Source: a virus
DNA length: 64,000 bases
Strand: one strand, 5' to 3'
IMG/VR virus record: IMGVR_UViG_3300046318_000144
Span: 1-64,000 of that record
A program made the position numbers and the translations under genes. Under the pieces are notes generated by a model. The model was given only the letters and a program-made list of their open reading frames with translations, searched no databases and was not told the DNA's origin. How positions within the stretch are numbered: the first letter of the stretch is position 1; every line of letters begins with the position of its first letter. Below are positions 58,051-64,000 of this stretch, piece after piece.

Positions 58051-59169
58051 TTAATACATTCTTGTCGAGATATTTCCAGAAACTAGAGTAACTATCTCCT
58101 CTATACCATCAACAGTTTTAACTGCATATAATGTCCAAGTTCCAGGGTCAATCATCCCTAAAGCAGATAGTCCCGCCGAGTAAGGGATCGTAACTACTGC
58201 AAAATCATTAGCTCCGCTAATGTAGTCAACATTAGAAGCATCTAACTCCACATTTTTTGAACCAGAGTAGTTATACACAGATACTCTAGGTACATAATCA
58301 GGGTCAGAGAAAATTCCAACATCAACTGTAGTATCACTTGAATCCCATGTGGCTCCAGCGGTTGTTAGGTATATGTCAGTACCATCTACGTAGTTAGAGT
58401 CAGTCGTAGCTATTACTGGAGATTTTGGTGTATATCTACGAGCACGAGGCTGGTCAGGTGAGAATACCTTAGCCTTACGTCTAGCATTGTCTGGGTTAGT
58501 TACCTTTAGAAAAAGGTCAATTTCGTAGAGTCCAGTACGAAGTTCATCGATAAATTCTTGATTATCAAGAATTGTGTATGACACTCCTTGACGTGATACT
58601 GATGTAACTCGCTGGGGAAGTGCGCAGTCGTCGTCACCTGCCCAGAGTTTAGCAAACTCCATAGCAAGTTTACGAGCTGCCATCTTTCCAGCAACTGGTA
58701 CTGGGGTCCCATATGAGTAGGTAACTTCAGTATTACATGGGGTCCAAGGAGTTCCAGCTTTAATGTGGATTGTCGAGTGGTCTACTAAATAATAGCTAGA
58801 CGGGTCGAGTACATCACCTTTTCTATTTCTTATGGTATGTACCTGGGTTACTGGTCTTCCTCTAAGTCTAAGTCTAGAGTCTGGAGACATTCCATCAGAG
58901 GTAAGTTCTGAATACTCGTCGTAGTCCCCAGATGGGATGTTATAAACATCTCCACCAAACAAAACTGGTGAGTTTGTCTTAGTAGAAGGACCTAATCGAT
59001 TATTACGGAGAACACAGGTATAGCGTTCTGTTACGGTGGTTATTCCAGTGTATTTTCTACCAGACATAGCCCATAAAAGGTACGACGCAGTTTGAGCTGC
59101 TTCAGTGGCAAACTCGGTGTATGCATAGTCTCCAAGCTCTTCTGGCTGGATCCATAAATTATTAGTCAT
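58051..59169 (-). CDS. Head-to-tail adaptor
   Basis: AS.LLWAMSGR, VTY.YG..VP, CALPQRVTSVSRQGVS, TGLYEIDLF..NP. Confidence 0.75.
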   Translation of the reverse strand: MTNNLWIQPEELGDYAYTEFATEAAQTASYLLWAMSGRKYTGITTVTERYTCVLRNNRLGPSTKTNSPVLFGGDVYNIPSGDYDEYSELTSDGMSPDSRLRLRGRPVTQVHTIRNRKGDVLDPSSYYLVDHSTIHIKAGTPWTPCNTEVTYSYGTPVPVAGKMAARKLAMEFAKLWAGDDDCALPQRVTSVSRQGVSYTILDNQEFIDELRTGLYEIDLFLKVTNPDNARRKAKVFSPDQPRARRYTPKSPVIATTDSNYVDGTDIYLTTAGATWDSSDTTVDVGIFSDPDYVPRVSVYNYSGSKNVELDASNVDYISGANDFAVVTIPYSAGLSALGMIDPGTWTLYAVKTVDGIEEIVTLVSGNISTRMY

Positions 59170-59187
59170 TAGTCCTCGTAGAGATAG

Positions 59188-59232
59188 AAAAAAGCGACGC
59201 GTCTAGGTTAATTTTACCACAGACGCGCCGCT
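59188..59232 (-). terminator. Intrinsic terminator after major tail gene, with GGTAAAAT promoter motif in its loop
   Basis: AGCGGCGCGTCT-16 nt-AGACGCGTCGCT-TTTTT. Confidence 0.7.
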
Positions 59233-59246
59233 CCTTTATTTAGCTA

Positions 59247-60299
59247 TTAGTCCTCTGTAGAGCGAATTACGCGGTCAACAGTAACGTCTGGGTTGAAGTT
59301 AACGTTTCCAGGTACGTTGTACTGAGTAGCCGATGTTGAAGCACTAATCGATACACTGGTAGATGCTGAAGCACCAGCCGATAGAGTACTCTCGGTAACA
59401 TCAGCAGCAGTCTTAGCGTAGCTGATGGTGTTAGTAGTTACGCCAGTAAGGGTGTAAGTACCATTGAAGGTGGTGTCAACTCCAGCAACAACAACCGACT
59501 CTCCAGTAGTAAATCCGTGACCCTGAGGTCCCTCAAGTGTAAGAGTTGCAACGTTGCTAGTAAGAGACTTCTTGGTTACGTTGAAGGTTGGTGAAGCATC
59601 AAGGTCAGTAACCTCAGTGTATGCTCCAGTTGTAGAGTTCCACTGAACGAAGCCATTGATCCCCTGAGGAGCCCATGTAGCGCGTGCATATGAGTATGGA
59701 CGCTCTGCTGCAGTCGGGAACTCCCAACGGCCATCTGGTCCAGAACCGAACTGAGTATTACCCAATCCGTAGCCCTCGAAGGTGTTAGCCAATAGACCGT
59801 TTTCAATAACACGGTCGCCTGACTGACGCATCTTCACGAATGGGAATACCCAGTAGAAGTAAGGAAGAGTTGAAGACTTCTTACCGCTCTTTACAGCGTG
59901 TGACCAAGCTTCGATCGCAACACCGTATCCAGCAGGGTCATCGCCAACACCTGGTGAAGCCCAACCAATACTCTGATCTCCAGCACCAGCTACATCCTTA
60001 CGGAGTAGCAGACCGCCCGAGATAAGTGAGGTGAGCTCTGGGTCTGGCTCACAGATAGCCAGCTCCATGGTAATACGCTTCAGAGTGTCTGGTGACTTGT
60101 AAGTCACGCATACAACACCGTTAGCGCCCTTTTCGGTAATTTCGTCACCTTCCTCGTATTCAGGTGTAAACGATACACGCATGAATGCTGAGGTTGTGTA
60201 GCTGTCAGATGGACCTGTCAGCAAGTTGCCAGCGGCGTCCAGACGGGTGACACGAATCGACACACCCTGGATGCTAGCAGCATATTCTTGAGTAGCCAA
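59247..60299 (-). CDS. Major tail tube protein with C-terminal decoration domain
   Basis: SIQG..IRVTRLDAAG, EYEEGDEI..K.ANG..CV, C..DPEL; AAGGAG SD with TTG start. Confidence 0.85.
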   Translation of the reverse strand: MATQEYAASIQGVSIRVTRLDAAGNLLTGPSDSYTTSAFMRVSFTPEYEEGDEITEKGANGVVCVTYKSPDTLKRITMELAICEPDPELTSLISGGLLLRKDVAGAGDQSIGWASPGVGDDPAGYGVAIEAWSHAVKSGKKSSTLPYFYWVFPFVKMRQSGDRVIENGLLANTFEGYGLGNTQFGSGPDGRWEFPTAAERPYSYARATWAPQGINGFVQWNSTTGAYTEVTDLDASPTFNVTKKSLTSNVATLTLEGPQGHGFTTGESVVVAGVDTTFNGTYTLTGVTTNTISYAKTAADVTESTLSAGASASTSVSISASTSATQYNVPGNVNFNPDVTVDRVIRSTED

Positions 60300-60316
60300 A
60301 GCTATTCTCCTTAGGT

Positions 60317-61192
60317 TTAGGCTGTTAGATCGACTCTAACAGCGAGGTGGATGGATGTGTCAAAGTAAGCCGCAACAGGGCGGATTGCCTTTAACCTCAT
60401 GTCATTTTGGTTTCCCGACACATCGTATGCTTGCGCTAGATTGTCGTTTACGACATCAACATCGCCCACGTAGGTGCGGACAGTGCCTGTTGCGTAAATC
60501 CATTTGTTGGTGGCTGATGCTGTAGCACCAGTAGCACCATCTGGCCCAGTACCTGAGTAACCAGAACCAACGATAACTGGGGTTCCACCTAGAGTCTGTA
60601 GGTGTTCTTTACCAGCTTCGTGAAAAAGCATGTTTGAGTTGCTAGCAAGAAGTGCTGCAACGTCGCGAGTCATGTGAATAAATCCCTGCTCGCCACCATC
60701 TGAAACCTGACCAATTTCGTGCTCTAGAAGAGCTAAAGCACGACGTGGAGAAAGCGCTGTCCCTGAGTTTAGAATGGTTGCAGTGGATGAAGATAGTGCT
60801 ACGTTTGCGTGACTCTCACCCTTACGAATAGCTCCATCCCAGATCTCAACTTCCATGGCGTGCTGAGTAACGCCTTCTAGCTGACGCTTTAAACGTGCAA
60901 GTCTGTCTAGACCTAAGAAACCTAGGCCAGAGCGAAGCTCTTCTGCCTCAATGAACCAAGGCTTAATTTCTGTGTAGTAGGTTGGTGTACCAGCTACTAC
61001 TACTTCGCCATCTGTAGAGTCAGTATCGTCCCAGTTAGTTGCTGAGTAGAGAGTTGTCTCCCATTCCTGGGAGAATCCACGTACCCACTGGTTCTCGCCA
61101 GCAGAATTCTCGGGCTTGACTACAGCAAGTAGGCCAAAGGCGGAGGGCACGATCGGTGGTGCCTCTACAACGCCAGTTCTTGGGAAAGCCAT
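60317..61192 (-). CDS. Second capsid protein (probable major capsid pentamer protein)
   Basis: Between capsid and major tail; P.AFGL, L.T.GG.PVIVGSGY, WIYATG.V, N....A.R pattern as recalled for cluster-B-like actinophages. Confidence 0.6.
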   Translation of the reverse strand: MAFPRTGVVEAPPIVPSAFGLLAVVKPENSAGENQWVRGFSQEWETTLYSATNWDDTDSTDGEVVVAGTPTYYTEIKPWFIEAEELRSGLGFLGLDRLARLKRQLEGVTQHAMEVEIWDGAIRKGESHANVALSSSTATILNSGTALSPRRALALLEHEIGQVSDGGEQGFIHMTRDVAALLASNSNMLFHEAGKEHLQTLGGTPVIVGSGYSGTGPDGATGATASATNKWIYATGTVRTYVGDVDVVNDNLAQAYDVSGNQNDMRLKAIRPVAAYFDTSIHLAVRVDLTA

Positions 61193-61232
61193 CTTCTAAA
61201 TCCTTAAAGTGTAAGTTTTTATTTTTGTGTTA

Positions 61233-61254
61233 GGGGGCCTGTTTCCAGGCCCCC
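61233..61254 (-). terminator. GC hairpin with GAAA tetraloop after major capsid gene (no U-tract)
   Basis: GGGGGCCTG-GAAA-CAGGCCCCC. Confidence 0.6.
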
Positions 61255-61268
61255 CTCCACTAGAGTTT

Positions 61269-63266
61269 TTAGTACTCTACAGCAGCTGCGGTAGCGCCAC
61301 CAGTGGTGTCGCGAAGTGCTGCAGCAACACCGTTAACCGAGATGCTTGAGGTGATCTTGAGAGACTCAATACCAACCTTAGCCACGTTCTCGAAGGTCTC
61401 AACGAACATCTTGTAGTCGTTGGTGCCAACCAGTGACGAGTCACGGATGATACCAAGGTCAAGAGTTCCACCGTCAAGGAACAAGAATGTTCCCTCGGCG
61501 AAGAGATACCAGCTGAATGTGTCTGGGAACTCAAGCAGACCAGTTGCACCCTGAGCACCGAAGTAGTTCAGGTCTGGAGAAGCAACGAGTGAAACGTTGC
61601 TGTGCGATAGGTAGCCGTCAATCTCAGCCTTCGATACTGACAGAGTACCATCACCAGGCATAGCCAGGGTGAGGTCAGCTGCCATTGCATCGTATACCCA
61701 CTGAGGAACAATAGCCTTCAGCTGAGTAGTTGCAGAGATGCGGTGACGTGAGCGGTAAGCAACTGCAGCACGACGGATCTGTACTAGGAAGTCACGACCG
61801 AAACCGATAAGTGACGAAGTAGTAACAGCGGTTGAAGCGTCACCAATCTTGGTAAGAAGGTTTACTTCAGCCTCGCGTGCGTGCTGTACAAGAGCTAGCT
61901 CGTTGTGACGAGCAATCAACTCTGGGTAAGCACGAGTCATCAAGTTACCGAACTGGAGCTGTAGGGTTACAGCGTCAGTTGAAACAGTCTGCTCTGCAGC
62001 AGCTGAAACGGCGAGTGATGACTTAGTTGCTGTATCAGGGTCTGCGTCAACTGCAGCAGTCCAGATACCAACGGCGTCAGCGTAGTCACCCGAAGCAAAG
62101 CTTGGAGGAGTTACGAAGCGGATACCGCCACGGTCAGCCTGGAAGCGAGGGAGTGAGTCACGGATTGGACGCTCGGTGGTTGAACCAAGACCGAAGATGT
62201 CATACTTAACCTCGAAAGGTGCAGCGTGACCACCAGAAGCAACAAGTGCTTCCTGGCCAGAAACGGCACTAATCTTCAGCTGGTTTGCCTCTGAATCGGT
62301 TGTCAGAGTGCGTGACTCTGGGAACTGAGTGGTGATAGATGCAACAATGTGCTGCTCTCCATCTCCACCGTTGACACGACGAAGCGAGTGGATACGCTTT
62401 TCCATAGCCGAAGCTACTTCGTTCATGTCGTTAATTGTGCTTCCCGCTGTGTAACCAGGGATGTCAGCACCAGCAGTAATTGCAACTGGGGCCTCTGTTA
62501 CCTGAATTACAGGCTGACGGTCAGCTGGAGCCTCGAAAGGCTGTTCTGCTGCGGCGGTCACGGTTGCCTGCTCTTCCTGCTCTTCTGGAGCAATAGTGTT
62601 TTCTTGGGTTGATGCCTCTGAGCCTTCAACAGCTTCTGCTGCAGTTTCTGAAGTTTCTTCGGCGGAGAATTCTGCCACTGTGGCAGATGCCTCGGTTGAT
62701 TCTTCAGTAGATTCCTCTACTGCGTCTTCTGGGTCGCTAGTCGACAGTTCTGATCCGTCTTCTTCGATTGTTGATGCTGTTTCAGTTTCCGAAGCGAAAG
62801 CCTTTTTAGGTTCCTTCTCTTCTTCTTCTTGGGTCTCTCCGATTTCCTCTTCAGTGGTCTCGGGCTCTTGGCCTTCGATCTCTGCAGGAGCTTCCTCTAC
62901 TGGAGCTGCCTCTTCAGGCATCTCTTCAGTAGGGGTCATTTCCTCTGCAGGAGTTTCCTCTTCTGGGGTCATATCGGCTAGTTCCTCTCCATCAGTTGCG
63001 ACGTCTTCGGTGCTTTCGCCCTTAACGCGTGAGATAGCCTCAGCAGCCTTGGCAGCTAGCTCTGCAGCTAGTGCCTCGCGGCGTGAAAGCTCACCTCGCA
63101 CTGTGTCAAGTGCATTAGCAAGTGACGTCATAGCATCAACCGTCTCAGGAGTCGGCTCTTCGCCTTCGACCGATTCAAACTCGCTAACGATCTGTGACTG
63201 AAGTTCGCCGACTTGTTCGTCGGTTAGCTCCGCCATAGCGTCAAGCTGGGTATTGATGTGGTCCAC
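61269..63266 (-). CDS. Major capsid (hexamer) protein with acidic N-terminal scaffold-like region
   Basis: AAGGAGG SD; ITAGADIPG, ALVASGGHAAPFEVKYD, LP.F...RGGI, LDLG..RDS.L..TNDY..F.E.FE. Confidence 0.85.
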   Translation of the reverse strand: MDHINTQLDAMAELTDEQVGELQSQIVSEFESVEGEEPTPETVDAMTSLANALDTVRGELSRREALAAELAAKAAEAISRVKGESTEDVATDGEELADMTPEEETPAEEMTPTEEMPEEAAPVEEAPAEIEGQEPETTEEEIGETQEEEEKEPKKAFASETETASTIEEDGSELSTSDPEDAVEESTEESTEASATVAEFSAEETSETAAEAVEGSEASTQENTIAPEEQEEQATVTAAAEQPFEAPADRQPVIQVTEAPVAITAGADIPGYTAGSTINDMNEVASAMEKRIHSLRRVNGGDGEQHIVASITTQFPESRTLTTDSEANQLKISAVSGQEALVASGGHAAPFEVKYDIFGLGSTTERPIRDSLPRFQADRGGIRFVTPPSFASGDYADAVGIWTAAVDADPDTATKSSLAVSAAAEQTVSTDAVTLQLQFGNLMTRAYPELIARHNELALVQHAREAEVNLLTKIGDASTAVTTSSLIGFGRDFLVQIRRAAVAYRSRHRISATTQLKAIVPQWVYDAMAADLTLAMPGDGTLSVSKAEIDGYLSHSNVSLVASPDLNYFGAQGATGLLEFPDTFSWYLFAEGTFLFLDGGTLDLGIIRDSSLVGTNDYKMFVETFENVAKVGIESLKITSSISVNGVAAALRDTTGGATAAAVEY

Positions 63267-63372
63267 TGTACCTCCTTAGGCCAGTTAATTTAATAAACGC
63301 GATTTACGTTTATTAGGTGAACAGTCAAGGCTGAGGGACTCTACGCTCGAGGCGCGAGGCGCTCCACCTATC
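63267..63372 (-). ncRNA. Candidate structured 5' leader RNA of the capsid mRNA
   Basis: UAGGUGGA/UUCACCUA closing stem enclosing CUCG/CGAG and AGUC/GACU stems, then 9-bp UAAUAAACG/CGUUUAUUA hairpin. Confidence 0.4.
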
Positions 63373-63375
63373 ATA

Positions 63376-63383
63376 ATTGTACC
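63376..63383 (-). promoter_or_regulatory. GG-extended -10 promoter (GGTACAAT) for capsid operon
   Basis: Recurring motif about 110 nt upstream of the capsid GTG. Confidence 0.6.
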
Positions 63384-63390
63384 TTACTTT

Positions 63391-63999
63391 TTAGGTAAGG
63401 AGTCGGAGCAGTTTGCTCATCTCAGATTGAACTTCACCCTGAGAGTAAACATCTGCTCCAGACATGTAGGATTTCAGATTAGCGGTGGCAACATCTGCAT
63501 CCTCTTTACCGATCTTGTCTTCGACTCTAGAAATCATCTGATCGATGAGATCCTTAAGTCCCGACGGTAGATCGCTAAATCTTAGTTTTTGCGCTTCCTG
63601 ACCAAAAGGTAGTGGTAGGTTGGCAATTACACGGCCCAGTTCGCGAGCAGTGTTTTGGACATTCTCCAAAGCCTTAGGATTAAGTGCTTTACTATCCAAA
63701 CGGTCAATCATTCCGAGTAGCTCGGAGCTAGCCTTCGCTGAGTCAACATAGTTTCCAGCAAACTCCATATCTTCAGCAGCCTGAACCTTATTAAGAGCAT
63801 CCTGTAGACCAGCAACACCTAGGTCTTGCTTTAGACGAGCGAGAACTTTACGGTACTTACCCTTAGCATCACGAGGCTGAGTCACACCAGAGATGTACTT
63901 GGTACGACCCTCTTCGTCGTAGGCATCCTTAGCAGTAGTCTTACCAGCTTTAATGTCTTCAGCTAGTTTGATCTCTTCTTCAGTCTGCTTGTCAGCTTC
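63391..63999 (-). CDS. C-terminal part of a large head gene (probably capsid maturation protease fusion); starts beyond window
   Basis: Frame open to the window end (EADKQTEEE..KYISGVTQPRDAKGKYR..); position directly upstream of capsid. Confidence 0.55.
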   Translation of the reverse strand, partial: EADKQTEEEIKLAEDIKAGKTTAKDAYDEEGRTKYISGVTQPRDAKGKYRKVLARLKQDLGVAGLQDALNKVQAAEDMEFAGNYVDSAKASSELLGMIDRLDSKALNPKALENVQNTARELGRVIANLPLPFGQEAQKLRFSDLPSGLKDLIDQMISRVEDKIGKEDADVATANLKSYMSGADVYSQGEVQSEMSKLLRLLT

Positions 64000-64000
64000 T

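Noticed and set aside
53623-63201. Long plus-strand ORFs antisense to tape measure and capsid genes (e.g. 54130-54651, 62596-63201)
   Set aside because: Antisense shadows of biased-composition genes

Overview
The whole window is a fragment of a tailed (siphovirus-like) phage genome. The host is very probably a freshwater-type Actinobacterium, given WhiB, DUF3039-like and actinobacterial Zn-finger genes, Rosebush/cluster-B-like head and tail genes, and leaderless promoters. Layout: (i) 1-2.8 kb, minus strand: partial class II ribonucleotide reductase, a GH130/GT91-like beta-propeller and a SAM methyltransferase. (ii) 2.9-25.9 kb, plus strand: a 23-kb island of two paralogous fibre cassettes encoding seven Thr-rich collagen-like proteins, with Mtd-N-like, YadA-like, BspA/DUF285-like and lectin-like domains. 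(iii) 26-42.7 kb: replication, recombination and accessory genes (Prim-Pol/SF3 primase-helicase, metallophosphoesterase, GT2-TPR glycosyltransferase, WhiB, DenV-like glycosylase, BGT-like glycosyltransferase, SSB, AAA ATPase, exonuclease, SNF2 helicase, RuvC-like protein, PolA, dCMP deaminase). (iv) 42.7-64 kb, minus strand: virion operon (two capsid proteins, major tail, adaptor, neck, tail assembly chaperones with a -1 frameshift site, tape measure, Dit, minor tail proteins). The best candidate for a new system is a phage-encoded glycosylated collagen hair coat resembling the BclA exosporium nap. Other notable items are a recurring GGTA(A/C/T)A(A/C)T promoter motif, a structured RNA leader upstream of the capsid gene, nucleotide-level shuffling between fibre genes, and a frameshift splitting a minor tail gene. 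All protein assignments come from motif recognition by eye; no database search was run. No tRNA, rRNA, CRISPR array, integrase or reverse transcriptase was seen.
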